A stretch of 64,000 nt of DNA from Octopus sinensis. Its lineage: Eukaryota. The stretch spans positions 86,304,001-86,368,000 of the forward strand of contig NC_043003.1 in the NCBI RefSeq assembly GCF_006345805.1, written 5' to 3'. Positions 24,841-38,819 of the stretch are shown in pieces. A program made the position numbers and the translations under genes. Position 1 is the first letter of the stretch. Each line of letters starts with the position of its first letter. Below the pieces are notes generated by a model. The model was given only the letters and a program-made list of their open reading frames with translations, searched no databases and had not been told where the DNA came from.

Positions 24841-26730
24841 ATCGCAGTTAGCGTGATGAAAGATTTGACACCAAAAAAATTAAATTAATAGTCCTTGTGT
24901 GTTTTAGAATTGCTAATATGTGTCTTCAGACTATTAATTGTTTTAGTGTCAACATGCAGTCTCAAATTAGACCACGTACGTGGCAAGTACACTACGCATT
25001 ATATATATGTCTGTAAAATAAATTTAAATTCCATCCACCAAAAATGCAACAGAAGTTCAAGAAATGAAGAGAGAACAGTTGAAAAGAGAACCAGGTAAAA
25101 CGCATGTTGGTAAGTTCACTTTTTCGGGCTCTAACTAACCAGAGATGTGAGAAGTAATTATGTTTTAAATGCTAAGAGAATGAAACAGAAGTGCTGTTGG
25201 TATGTGTGTGTATATATGGGAATATATGTGTGTGAGAACGCGCATATTCATGAGGATACATGTAATGTGTATGTACATATATATGTGTATACGCATTTGT
25301 GTGTAGGCGGTACAGGTAGTGTATGTGCGCGTGTGTGAGGCTGTTTGGTTGGTGAGATTAGCAGTATCGCTGTGTGTGCGGATGTTTGTGTGCGAGTGCA
25401 AAGGCATCAATGATATTCTATATCACTTTGCGTAGAGTTATCTAAACTGTCAGTTCCTATTAATGGAAAACTGCGTCTTCACAGGATTATATTCAATCAA
25501 ATAGAGCAACAGTTATGGGATAGCAGATGTGTATGTATGATGTATTACTTCGCAATATCCTTTATAAATGTAAGCATAACAAAAAGCATAATATCTCTTT
25601 CAATTTGAACCTTAAAATCAAGGCGGAATAATATATTTTCACTGAAATTCTTGCGAAGTTCCCTTTTAGTGCAATTTTAATAAACATTGCATCAAATTTT
25701 AGAAGAAAATATACAATCAGAATTCTGAAAACGGCTTAGAATGTTAATTCTTAAAGGTCACAATTTATATATATCTTTTTCATGTTATCAATGGTAATTT
25801 TTAAAATGCTTCTCTGAGATAGAATTTCTAAAGACATCATTGTATTAGTTGCAGAGAAACATGTCACCTAAACATAAATGTTTCTATGTATCTATAGTTA
25901 TGGAATACTGAATATGTTAAAAATCATGAAAGAAATAATTCTTTTTAGTAAGTGAAATTCTAATGTTAATAAAGTTGCTTTTTTCTGCAATATCAAGGTG
26001 AATTTTTTAAATGTTATTAAGGAAATTTTTCTTTAATGATATAGCATATTTTATAATTAACAATAATAGATTTTTTTCCAGTGCAACCGGAAATGTAAGA
26101 ATGTAAATTTTAAATTAGTTAAAAAATAACAATAAGGCTTCTGTTATGTAAACTTGTGGTGATTAGTGAAAAAGACAAACAGAACAATAAAGGCCTTACC
26201 AGCGACATGTTTTAGTTGAAGGGGTTTTTACAGCATTTTCTCTAATTATTAATTTCTGTTACAAATTAAACAATTTCTTTCACTTATGCCGCTAAAACTA
26301 TTGAGAAAAGCATAGAAGTCATTCAACATCATAGAATTTCTGTAGAAACATGTAGTATTGTACCTAAGTAATGAAAACATCAGCGCTGCAAATTGACAGA
26401 CATGCGTAAGGGGAGCATCAGAATAATTCCCACCGGAATCAAGATCAAGTGTCAAATATATTTTCAATGTCTCTAAGAGCACTATTAATATAGGTGCAAT
26501 TAATATATTGTATGCAATATAATTTTTTACCGCCACATTACTATAGAAGATAATTTTGTAAAACGTTATAAATTATATTGGATCAAGGTTAGGGTTGGGA
26601 TTTTAGGGTTAGAGTTACGGAAAAGTGAAAAATGAAGAAATTGGAGGGGGAGTGGTGGGGGGCAAAAAAGTCTTTCCGAAAATAGTAGCCGAAAAACAGG
26701 AAAAAAGAAAACTAAAAGCAGTAGAAATGC

Positions 26731-27565
26731 TTTGAAAGGCAGATCGAGAAATTAATTTTTTGTAACTAAACACTTTCAAACTTCGGACACAGGTAGAATG
26801 TGTCATATAAAACGTCTTGGTAAAATGTGTCATATAAAACATCTTTTACTCTTATTTTGTGGAAAACAGCTTGTATTTTCAAAGTTATTTCGTGTTAAAG
26901 TTTTCGTATTTTGGTAATTTCAACCAATCAATGACCTGTATTCAGCTGAATAAAATTTACTGCTGTTGTTTGTCAACAACATCTTCTTTCGTTTGTCACT
27001 GTTATTTATGATATATTTCATCTCAGTTACGTTTTTATGAATAAACGAGTGAATCTTAAGCATGTTTATACTTCATGGCACCACCACAATCGTTCGTGCA
27101 TTTCTACTGCTTTTAGTTTTGTTTTTTCCTGTTTTTCGGCTACTATATTCGTTAAGACTTTTTTGCCCCCACCACTCCTCCTCCAATTTCTTCATTTTTC
27201 ACTTTTCCGTAACTCTAACCCTAAAATCCCAACCCTAACTTTGAAACCCCAACCCTAACCCTAACTCTAAAACTCTAGCCCTAAAACGCTAACCCTAACC
27301 CTAAAGCTGAAACCAGTACAAACGCACGAACGATCTGATAAATAACAGTGACAAACGAAATACACACTGCCTTTAGTTGTTTACAAACAACGGCAGTAAT
27401 TTTATTCAGTGATTGGTTGAAATTACCGAAATAAGACTACTTTAACACGAAATAACTTTGAAAATATAAACTTTTCTCAACAACACTAAGAGTAAAAGAG
27501 TAAAACTATCCGAAGTTTCAAAGTGTTTAATTACAAAAAATTAATTTCTCGATCTGCCGTTCAAA
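26731..27565. mobile_element. Fold-back MITE-like element with ~230-280-bp imperfect TIRs and an internal degenerate (AACCCT)n tract
   Basis: Left arm 26731-27009 (tttgaaaggcagatcgagaaattaa...gtcactgttatttat) is the reverse complement of 27338-27565 (ataaataacagtgac...tctcgatctgccgttcaaa). Telomere-like repeats lie at about 27210-27304. Confidence 0.85.
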
Positions 27566-29919
27566 GGGAAAAGATCCATTACATTCAATGACCCTTAATA
27601 TGTTATCGTCCTCGTTGGAAATATTTCAGGTTTATATTGGAATCGCGTTGCAACTAAAATCACTATTGATTTCCTCTGGTTCAAGTTATAAACGAAATAA
27701 GCGTTTTCCACTAAAATCTCATCGAGCTAAAAAAAATTATGTCGAAGGGAAGCTTAATAAAGTAACACGAACATCTAAGCGTTTAAACATTACCGCAAAC
27801 TAAAGGCAAGCCCTCCTCATTTGTACTCAGCACTTTAGGCTAGTTATTATTGCATTTTCAGCAACAATGTATGAATCATTATTGGTGTAATCTGTTTATA
27901 CAGGATAGTTCATAGATAAGGTTGATAAGTTCGCTGTGAGCGTGGGAGAGTCCAACGCTTTAGGCCGTATGTTTTGTGCATGTGTGAAAGAGAGAGAGAG
28001 AGAGAGAGAGAGAGTAAAAGAAAGTGAGAGAGTGCTAAATAGAGAAAGTAATGTTGTAGATTGTGCTGTGGACAGATGTGTAATTGTAAAATTGAATTTT
28101 CTTTCCCGTCAATACGAATGTACTTTCTAGTTTATACATTGCAACAACGGAGTGTAGGCGTATTGAGAACAACGTGAAGTGCTTCCTTCTGGATAGAGAG
28201 TAACACAATTCGAGATTCTACGTATATGCAGCGCATGTATACGTTTATTTTTGTAACAATTTACAAGCAGGAAAATAATTTCATTAGTTAATATTTCTTA
28301 AAACAAATATCATACAACAATGGTACAAGACAATCACAAAATGAACGAAACTCAAACCCCTTAATAATCTATGCAACATTTGTAAGCCATTAAGGAAGCA
28401 ATCAATTGATGATGCAGTTGTTGCCTAACTATAGAGAGTGAAAAGAATAGAATTTTTTAATTCGTCTCAATGCAAAGGGAATTTTTAATATGAATGTTTA
28501 TATTTTTATATTTTTCAGATTTTCTAAGAATTTCGGCCCACATTCTATCATTGGCAGACTAATAAATGATTTCCACGTGGCATTTGTTTTTTAGTTGCTT
28601 CTTTCACTTAAGCGACTAATGGCGTTTCAATTCATTTTATAATTTTTAAAACATGAAATACTTTTAATGACGGTAACAATGTGCGAGAAAGTTACCCATA
28701 GAAATACAGTTTTGCAAATATTGGACATTTATTAATATCATAAATTCAGAAGTAAAGTGCATTGATTTGAATACGTCTAATTTTATAGCATCTGTTTCGT
28801 ATAAATAGGAAAAGACTGTTTAAATTTATACATGAAATAAAAAATCAACAAAACGTAAAATGTGTGAACAGAAATATGTATTTTTCGTGTCACATTTCAT
28901 CATTTCCTGCGAATAAAAACCAATATATCCTCTTAATTATAGACCAAATGTGTTTGGTGGGGCACCATTTTAGCAGAATCGTGTTTCAATATCAAACAAT
29001 ATCGTCTGCAGTATTTTTTGTCGAGTAAGTTCAAGTTATGCTGAGGTCAATCATGTTTTTTTTTCTCTTCCGAGTTTGATAAGATAAAGTATCATTGAAG
29101 TACAAAGGTCGACATAACCGACTGATCCCTTCACTTGAATTTCTGTTTCTGTACTTAACTTAAAAACAAAGGCAGAGAGAGAACATTTTCATACTGGAAA
29201 AGAAATAGAAAGATAGAGAGAAAACGATGAGAATATCACTATTCTGAGTTATCATTTTATTATAGGATGACAGACATTCGAACGTATATGGTGTCATCAT
29301 TCAACCGCCGTGTTAATCATGTTTATGTTTTACTTTATTGAACCTCGTAGGATGAAATTCAATGTGTTCTCTGGAAATATTTGAACTCAGATTGGCGGGA
29401 AACGAAACTAAACACCATAAAGGCAAAAATAAAAGTTTCTGCCTTTATATGTACAAAGATGTTATGAAAGCAAAAGACAAACGTTTCTTGGCAAGATAAG
29501 ACTATGAATTTGCAAATTTTGTCAAGAAATTAAAAGAAAGTAATAAAATTTTAAAAGAACGACTAAATATCATTTACCACCTTTGATCGAATTATGCATA
29601 ATTTATATTTTTTGTATTCTTCCAGAATAATCATTTCAATTTCCTGGTTGTTCATTTTATTTCTTTAATGCTGTCAATTCAACTTAACTAAAATGCGTAA
29701 CCAGAATTTGGAAAATAAAAGCTTTCCTTAAAATTCCAGTTAATTCATCCAATCTCATATTCTGACATTAACTCGTGACAATTCCCTTAATCCTTGCCTC
29801 TATTGTTTATTATTTTATAAATACATTTCTCTCCAGAGTTAGTGCCCCAAGCTATTATACCTACCACTCTCTTGCGTTTCTATAAATGAATTTAACACAT
29901 GTTTCATTCTTTCTTAACA

Positions 29920-30095
29920 GGTGAGCTGGCAAAATAGCACTTCGCACAGAATTATTAGCGGTATTTCTTCCAGCTCTACGTTCTGAGTTCAAAACCCACA
30001 GTGGTTGACTTTGCTTGCCATCATTTATGGGTCAATAAAATAAGAACCTCTCAAGTACCCTAGTCTATTCGACTATCCCCTGGTCCTAATTATAG
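29920..30095 (+). mobile_element. SINE family A copy (diverged), first of a cluster of decayed copies extending to about 30660
   Basis: ggtgagctggcaaaatagc ... cgttctgagttcaaaacccacagtggttgactttgc. Confidence 0.6.
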
Positions 30096-30763
30096 ACCTT
30101 GTGCCTATAGTACTTTATCAATCTCAGAGACTGAAAAGCAAAGTTGGTCACCAAGGTGTATGAACTCAGAACATGATGAACCATAACTAAATATCACAAG
30201 GAATTTCCCGACTCTCTAAAACTTGAGCCAGCTCCCTGTTTTAAATAGTCTCCGCTTAAGGCACAAGATCAAAAGTTTTGATTTTTAGTAGGTGTCATCG
30301 ACCGTAGTATTAGAATATCTTATCAAACTCCGAAGAATGAAAAACAAAGTAAATCTCGGCGAGTTTTGAACTTGAAACTTAAAGAATGGTAACTAACTAC
30401 TGCATGGTATTTTGTACGATGCTATATTTTGCTGATAATGATTGTTTCGAAATTTTGGCATAAGACAATTCAGTGGTGGGGGGGGACAGGGGATTATACC
30501 GTTACCAGTAATTAACTGGTATCATATTTTATCAGCCCCTTGTGGGGTGGGATGAAATGCTAATTTAACTTAGGCAGAACTTGATTTTAAACGGTAAAGA
30601 GCCCGAACAAATAACACAAAGAATTTAGACCGACACTTTAGCAATTCTCCGAGCTACCACGTTCTTTATAATTTCTAACTCAGGCAAATAGCCCGCAATT
30701 TTGAGCGAAAGATTAGTTAAGTCGACTACAACGCATTTTGTCTTACACTAATTCACCACACTC

Positions 30764-31020
30764 AATAATAATAATAATAATAATGATAATAATATTAATA
30801 ATAATAATAATGATAATTTCTACAATAGGCACAAGGGCTGAAATTTGGTGGGAGGTGGGGCGGTCGATTAGATTGTCCCACTACGCAACTGTTATATAAT
30901 TTATCGACCTCGGCAGAATTTGAACTCAGAATATAAAGACTGACGAAATTCCACTGGGCATTTTATCCGGTGTGCTAACGATTCTGCCAGCTCGTCGCTT
31001 TAATAATAACAATAATATTG

Positions 31021-31080
<60 letters not shown>

Positions 31081-31262
31081 CATTAAATATCGACTCAAGG
31101 TCAATAACTACAGGTAAGTCGACATCATCGATCCAGGTGCTCAACTGGCATTTGATTTATCTATTCCGGAAGGATGAAAGTGAAAGTCGAGATCGGAGGA
31201 ATTTGAACCCTGAGCGTAAAAAAGAACGACATGTCGCCAAGCATTTGTTCAACTTGCAGCTA
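30764..31262 (-). mobile_element. Two head-to-tail SINE A copies, each with an (ATT)n tail (30817-31000 and about 31090-31262)
   Basis: (AAT)n tracts at 30764-30816 and 31001-31078 lie immediately 3' (element sense) of each copy. Confidence 0.8.
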
Positions 31263-31379
31263 TTTTCTTTGTCCGCTAGGAGGCCGAAAAACATTGAGGG
31301 CAATATGGAGTCAATGGACAGCAGTGATTTCAATATACAGATAGAAACAATAAAAAACACTAACAAGAAATTTTCTCCA

Positions 31380-31960
31380 TAGGGAAGATCACCTCCTAGG
31401 AGCGACCATTGACACCCACCAATCCTGAGTCACGACGACCCTGAAAGGCACCACCGGACGATTCCCTTCGCTTATTCGTTCTTTCCAGGCTATAAATACA
31501 AGCACAGAGTAGGCCCACTAACTCGTGACATTCACCTGTCTTCAACAAATATACTAGATGGTACACTTCCCTCTCTCGTCTTTTCTAAGTGAAAAGAAAT
31601 TGATGTGAGTTTGGCCGGAGAAGGAAGAGTCTATCTTTATTCGTTTCAGTTGTGTGCACCACACAGATCTTTTCTCTATAGCGATCAGGTGCTGGAAATT
31701 ACCAGCCCTCTCATCCAAAGAAGACTCACAAAGTGATCTTCATGACAGAATTGGCTAATAGTCAAACTCGTACCACACGCAATATGAGGTGTTCGACATT
31801 AAGCCACGAGACAATAATACTCGTGCAGTGTACTAGCGCATACAATACAGTTTCGTCTGTTTGCATACACGATTGATGGTGCCAGCATGCCTGCAGAGTT
31901 TACCGAACAGGAAATGCCTAATCCACCCAGTAACACCACGGTGATTGTTCTACAACTACA
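31380..31960 (-). pseudogene. L1/Tx1-like ORF2 C-terminus and 3' UTR
   Basis: MQTDETVLYALVHCTSIIVSWLNVEHLILRVVRV*LLANSVMKI...EGW*F and ...SSIFVEDR*MSRVSGPTL: decayed C-terminal CCHC region (C..C...ET..HAL..C). Confidence 0.65.
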
Positions 31961-32002
31961 ATGTGAAACCATATAAAAGATCTTACAAAATATTTCGTAT
32001 AT

Positions 32003-32220
32003 ATTTCTTTATTGCCCACAGGGGGCTAAACATAGAGAGGACGAACAAAGGATTAAGTCGGTTACTTCGACGCCCGTGCGTAACTGGTACTTTTTAAATC
32101 GACCCTGAAAGAATGAAAGGCAAAGTCAATCTCGGCGGAATTTGAACTCAGAAAGTAACGGCAGACGAAATCCTGCTAAGCATTTCCCCCGGCATGCTAA
32201 CGATTCTGCCAGCTCGCCGC
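32003..32220 (-). mobile_element. SINE family A, long variant
   Basis: atttctttattgcccacagggggctaaac ... ctgccagctcgccgc. Confidence 0.88.
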
Positions 32221-32471
32221 TTTATTTCATATTATACGCTTGTAACTTTTGAACTTGAAGTAGATAAAGCTATAAATAACAATGTGTACATTTTGGGCTA
32301 CAAAAAAAAAATTATTTCTAAAAAAGTCTGCGAGGGGGACACGAACCTACATCTGATGTGAATATGACGGACGCTCAAATTTGACGATAGTAATCGTTCG
32401 ATTCCCCCCTGTCCAGTTCAGAAGTTTTCTTATTACCAGTGAGAATTGTCCGTTTTTTTATAACGTGAATA

Positions 32472-32502
<31 letters not shown>

Positions 32503-32504
32503 CT

Positions 32505-32660
32505 TTGCGGTTAGGGTATTCGGCTCAAAATCGCAAGGTCGTGAGTTCTATTCATAGCGGCGCGTTGTATCCTGCAGCAGAACACTAGTTCACATTGCTC
32601 CAGTCCACACAGCTGGCAAAATATGTTGTACTTAGAATTCAAAGGCGAGCCTTGTCACAT
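32505..32660 (+). mobile_element. SINE family C copy
   Basis: tRNA-like head (gcggttagggtattcggctc...ggtcgtgagttc) followed by ttcacattgctccagtccacacagctggcaaaa. Confidence 0.65.
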
Positions 32661-34511
32661 GTGTGAGTGTATGTATATACATTTTTATATATATTTTAAA
32701 AGTATTTTGTTGTCGATCTGGTATGAGTAGTGATACATCAAGCTGCGGTGATTTCCTATTTCCTTTTGTATTAAACACTTTTACAAATAATATCAGAACT
32801 GCACGATTATTCGGCGACATGTTTAATGAACTCGCGACAAATGAAATGAATTCGAGCTCTGTTAGAAGATACTTCCAACATTAAATAGGCGATCAATGTG
32901 TTAAGAAACATATACATAGAGGCAGCTGCCACTGTAAATAGTTCACTATAAATAGTTTAGAAGCAGTCTGGCAGCTGTTTCTGTTTATTTGTTTCCAGTA
33001 TGGATAGATACTGCAAAAAACAATACATATTAAATCATGCGATCTAAAATTCTAAAGTACACAGAAGCACATGATATTCGCTAAGTTAGCATATATATAC
33101 TTCACAAATATATACACAGCACATACATAATCACTCAGACATGAATGCATGTTTCGACTAAAGTCATTTGCAAAGCACTCAGGGCGTTTCTGTTTTTAGT
33201 GAGTTTCCTCTGTATTCTAGATAACATTCTGGAAGCCGAAATCATATTCCTTTTCATGTAGAAAAGATTTATCTCATCATCAGATTTGTTATACTCCAAT
33301 TAACTTGCAGGCAATCGGGGAATATATTTTCTCATTCAAGTATTATAATGGACTAAAATCAATTTAGTCAGCTGTGAACTTTGTAATTTGGTTGAATTTT
33401 ATATTTTCTAAAAATGGCTTTAGTTAGGGGTAACATAGCTGTATGATTAATGCGGTTATTTCTCAACTACAAGGTTCTAGGTTTGAAACTAGTGTGTGGT
33501 ATCTTGAACAAAGGTAGTTTTCTATATTCTCTAGTGAATAAAAGTGAGTAGACAGAAACCTTGTCAGACAGATGGTTGTTACCCGAGCTTCAGAGATACA
33601 GTATCACGAAGATTCTGCCCCAAAATTAAATTAATATTACATATGCATGTGGAGTTCTCGGCCCCTTTATGTTAAATTATGAACAGAAAATCCAGTAGAT
33701 TGGAAAACTAGATCCTGATCATTGAACGAAGGAGACTTTATGGTTTGTTGCTAAGTATAAAATAACACTATTTTGGCTACTTACGAAGCATTGGAAACAT
33801 AAATTGTAAAATATTGTCTATGACAAGATAACATTTACTGTCAAAAATGGTATTAAAATATTCAATTCCTGCATTTAAATGGATTTTAAACTGAAATAAA
33901 TGTTAACCATTTAAAACAACTTTTAAAACACTATATAATTATTTTTAGCGCTTGAAGAATAAATACCTATAAGATTTAAAAGATTATAATAGCGATGTCT
34001 AATTTGTTTTTTTACTCTTGACCCAGACAAGATTTGGGTAAATTTCGAATAGATAATATATTAGTCATACAATTTTAGCGTATTTTCTTTATTTTTTGAG
34101 GTTTTAATGGCTCTACGTTTCTGAAACCGAAATTTCAAAACATTGCAATAAAGATAAAATAATAGATTGTATTGAATAGTAGGTTTCTTGGGAATTCAAC
34201 TATAATTTTTAATATCGTAATACAAGGCGAAGGCAATAATATGAAGCTTCATTAAAATTATAAAAAGAATTAAATCATAATTATTATCTCATGGCATATA
34301 AGTAATACTTGACCGAAACAATAAAATATCGAGCTACCTGATTGAGACAAGCAGCTATTTCCATAATTGATCTAATGATTAAAAATAAAATATTTATGAC
34401 AGTAAAGAGTAACAATTGAGAAGCTAAGAGGAAACCGCAAAATGTGCTTTTGTGCGCGCGTACGCGTGTATATGTATATAATACATGCACACACACACAC
34501 ACATACATACA

Positions 34512-34605
<94 letters not shown>

Positions 34606-34709
34606 ATATATATATGCATGTATATGTATCTAAGGATATGTTGTTTGAAATAATGTCAAGTGTCATAGCATGTGTAGGAAACCATAAAGGTAAAAATTAT
34701 TAATTAATA

Positions 34710-34950
34710 CAGGTAGCGCCAGCATGCTAAAATAACTGTCAAAAACTACTCAGAACCACAAATTTTCACTAATACACATTGATGAAATCGGGGGAATGAT
34801 CAGAAATCCTGCTGAGGGGGAATGAGTAGAAGTCCTGCTGAAATCAGGGGGCGAGGTGAGCAGAAATTCTGTTTATTCCCCCTATTTCATCGATTTGTAT
34901 TAGTGAAAATTTGCAATTTTGACTTCTAGTTTAGCAGCTGTTGCTACCTG
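34710..34950. mobile_element. MITE with ~75-85-bp imperfect TIRs and internal ~28-bp tandem repeats (Tc1/mariner-type ends)
   Basis: ta|caggtagc...aaattttcactaatac...gatgaaat is mirrored by atttcatc...gtattagtgaaaattt...gctacctg. The interior has three gggg...agaa(a/g)t(c/t)ctg units. Confidence 0.75.
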
Positions 34951-35321
34951 AATCACTCTCCAATATTAATTAATCATTTTTACCTTTATGTTTTCTAAGC
35001 ATGCTATGCCACTTAATACTACTTTAAACAATAATGCCCTTATATTCTTTTGTAATTTATAATGCTGTTCGATCACATTTTAAAATTTGCAGCGACATTA
35101 AAAGCAATCATCACACACATTGGTTGAAATGGGTAATCTTCTCGACCGTTGGTCAGTAAAACTCGCCGATGAGAACTAAGTGATATTTTCACAAACTTTG
35201 AAATCGCTGCGATACAGGCATGTCAGGATTTTCAATTTACGATTCATTTCTACATTGGATTTAATCAATATGTATTCGTGAAAATTTGTGGGTTTGAGTC
35301 GTTTTTGACTGCTATTATAGC

Positions 35322-35502
35322 TTAGAAACGTTAGCACGCCGGGCGAAATGTGTAGCTGCATTTCGTCTGCCGTTACGTTCTGAGTTCAAATTCCACTGAG
35401 ATCGACTTTGCCTTCCATCCTTTCGGGGTCGATTAAATAAGTAACAGAATCCGGAATCATTGGTTGCTAAGCAAGCTACTTACCACACAGCCACTCCTGC
35501 GC
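35322..35502. mobile_element. Truncated SINE A (+, 35322-35447) fused to a SINE B head (-, 35451-35502)
   Basis: ...ggggtcgattaaataagtaacagaat|ccggaatcattggttgctaagcaagctacttaccacacagccactcctgcgc. Confidence 0.8.
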
Positions 35503-35645
35503 TTCTAAAAATATTTTTCGAATTTGTGTATAGAATATCAGTTGAATAAAATTATATCATGGTCTGATTTTTAACAAGGTGTGGTATGAATACATATGTA
35601 TTTATATGAATGTATATATTTATACATATATACATGTATACATAT

Positions 35646-35719
<74 letters not shown>

Positions 35720-36107
35720 TTGCATTATATGAGTGGATGTATGTGGTGGGAATTAATAACTTCGTCTAGCTACACAGATATACTGATGACAGATTCATAT
35801 TTTTCATACATATGTCACATGAGCAAACCGACATTTAAATAACTATTCTTAAATTGACGATACAGCACCGCACTCACAGATATGAATACCTTATTCTTAA
35901 AGGTAAACTTTGTAAAAAGAAACAACCTACATGGCATACGAAAAATCACTAACAAATGCTTATAAATGAACAGTGTTTGTGGGCATCTACATAGATACAA
36001 AATATCAGTAGTTAATTTGTTTTCTCTTGAATGCTTAAATATTGGTTTGAGTGTACAACTTGTACATATTTTACGATCCCGAAAAGATGAAAGGCAAAGA
36101 AGATACC

Positions 36108-36341
36108 TATTTCTTTACTTCCCACAAGGGGCTAAACACAGAGAGGACAAACAAGGACAGACAAACGAACTAAGTCGATTATATCGACCCCAGTGCGTAA
36201 CTGGTACTTATTTAATCGACCCCGAAAGGATGAAAGGCAAAGTCGACCTCGGCGGAATTTGAACTCAGAACATAACGGTAGATGAAATACGGCTACGCAT
36301 TTCGTCCGGCGTGCTAACGTTTCTGCCAGCTCGCCGCCTTT
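36108..36341 (-). mobile_element. Young long-variant SINE A inserted into an older SINE A (host about 36070-36430)
   Basis: Perfect 16-bp TSD aggcaaagaagatacc at 36092-36107 and 36342-36357; the host SINE sequence resumes on both sides. Confidence 0.92.
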
Positions 36342-36469
36342 AGGCAAAGAAGATACCGGTGGCATTCAAACTCAGAATATGCAAACGGACGAAATGCTGC
36401 TAAGAATTTTGCCCGATGTGCTAACGATTCTGCCGCTTTACTAATGGTTCCAAATTTTAACAGAAAGCC

Positions 36470-36658
36470 AGCAAATGCATGGAGGGAGTAAGTCGATTAC
36501 ATCAACCTAGTAATTAATTGGTATGTATTTTACCAAAATGGGAAGGATGAAAAGCAGAGTCGGCCTCGGAGAAATTTGAACTCAGAACATAAAGCCAGAT
36601 GAAAAGCTGCTAACTATTTTGCCCGACGTGCTAAAGTTTCTGCTAGCTTGCCGCCTTC
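36470..36658 (-). mobile_element. SINE family A copy (diverged)
   Basis: aagtcgattacatcaacc ... gaaatttgaactcagaac ... ctagcttgccgcctt. Confidence 0.75.
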
Positions 36659-37019
36659 ATGAAGATTTAAATATTGATATCTTACACATACAGTTTATAT
36701 TTGTTAATAATGGATATTTTAATATATTATTAGACAAGGTCCAACAACAATATTAATACAAATTCACTAACGCTCATTGAGCAGATGCTGATACAAATTT
36801 CACATATCTTATCCTATAAGAAGTAGACACGTTCTTGTTATAAAATGAATGTTTTTGTCTATGATACACGAGTAAACAGAAAACAGCCTGTACCACACTT
36901 AACCGCAAGCATTTAATGAGAATATTGCTCTATGGACCAGACAATCGACCCCAATGTACCTCCTTGCGTTGTTGTAACTTTCAAATGATGTCACCTCACA
37001 GGCTAGGTGGGCAGGCCAA

Positions 37020-37178
37020 CATTACCCCTGGCCGTAATGCCATTTCGTCACAGGGTTGCTCATTTATAGCTGGGTGGATTGGAGCACCGTGAAATGAAAA
37101 GTTTTATTAAAAAACGCAAGGCATTTCTCGGTCCGAGAATCGAAACCGCGACATCCTAACCATTTAACCACGCGCCTT
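37020..37178 (-). mobile_element. SINE family C copy
   Basis: Minus: gaaggcgcgtggttaaatggttagg...ggtttcgattctcgg...ttcacggtgctccaatccacccagct. Confidence 0.65.
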
Positions 37179-37189
37179 CAATCATATTA

Positions 37190-37346
37190 TACTGGTCTCA
37201 GATTTTGGCACAAGGCCAGCGATTTCAGGTTAAGTTCATTATATTATCTAAAACGATGAAAAGCAAAGTCAACCTCGGCGGCATTTGAACTCAGAACGTA
37301 AAAACGGACGAAATTTCCGCTAAGCATTTTGCCCGGCATGGTAAGA
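37190..37346 (-). mobile_element. SINE family A copy
   Basis: gatgaaaagcaaagtcaacctcggcggcatttgaactcagaacg. Confidence 0.75.
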
Positions 37347-38585
37347 ACTCTGCTAGTTCACTGCCTCACAGTCAGAATATATTACTTTATGAACAAAATG
37401 AAAAATCTCCTCAGTAACATAAAATAACAAACTAAGACATCAGAGAAGATACTTCAGACAACCATTGTAATATAAATATTTAACGATATGCGAACAAGTG
37501 TAAAATTTATGATTTCAAGTATTATGTCTGATACACGATTATGGCAATTACTCGTAGGGTGATGATGCATTTATAATAAGAAATCAGTACAGCTCATTAT
37601 AAAACACGAAATAAAACCGAAGAAAAGAAACTCTTTTCTATTGGATTGTACTAGAATGAGATATATATATCTATGGAAAATTCACATATGGCATTCACTA
37701 CTGAATTAAACGCGCAGATATACAGCACCCAGAAAAATTTATTATTTTTCACCGTTTCTATTTCGTGGTTTGCATAACATTTTTCAGCTTGGTCAAAGTT
37801 TTAATTATACAAATTCATTATATGTGCATGTTGCATATATAATTGATTAATTATAGATTCATAATATAATTGTTATGCGTACAGTCTAGCCATGTTCAAC
37901 AAACACTGAAATTCAAATTTTAAACAGTCGTAAATTATAATTTAGCATTAGAACATTTTCGTTTTATAAGATATTTAGATGCAAGCCAAAACGTTAATGT
38001 GATGATATAAAGAAACTTACTCAATGATGCATATATAGGAGAAGATTGAAGGGAAGAAATCATAGAAATTATTAATGGCAAACTAATGATATGTTAGTTT
38101 ACAAAGTCTGTAAATGCGAGCCAAAATATGCTGCGACAGTTTTTGTATTCTGTACATTTCGATTACATTTCACCCACTCAACGTTTTCCACTGTGGTATA
38201 CAGCTAAGCTACAATAATATACTTTTCGTTGTAAAGAACAAACATCTTCAAGTACTGGGGCGCCTATAGTCATTTATATATCATTTACTCGGTCATTCAA
38301 TGGGATAGATGCAAATCACACACTAAAAATGTTGGGTGTAAACGTAAGATTCTTTTAGTTATCATCTTGTTTTTTTTTTTGCATGATTAGTTATATACAC
38401 CCCTCTATCTAACGAGAAAATCAATTAACATTTTCGCTGATTAATCTACATTTTCGCTGAAATTAAATCATAGAAAAACTTGTCTTAACTCCAATTGAAT
38501 TCTTCTAGGAGAAATTGTTGAATTGTCGCTTAATAGAGACAGGCAGTCACCGTAATTTTTTGTATCAGTTTGTAGCTTAACCAAT

Positions 38586-38661
<76 letters not shown>

Positions 38662-38720
38662 ATTTCTGTATGTATGTATGTATGTATGTATGCATGTATG
38701 TATGTATGTATGTATGTATG

Positions 38721-38796
<76 letters not shown>

Positions 38797-38819
38797 CTTA
38801 TAGTTTCAGTCTGTAAGCT

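Noticed and set aside
31800-31975. Plus-strand peptide QFRLFAYTIDGASMPAEF...PNPPSNTTV resembling a fibronectin type III boundary
   Set aside because: The opposite strand gives a better and longer match to a LINE ORF2 C-terminus, and the plus frame is broken by stops.
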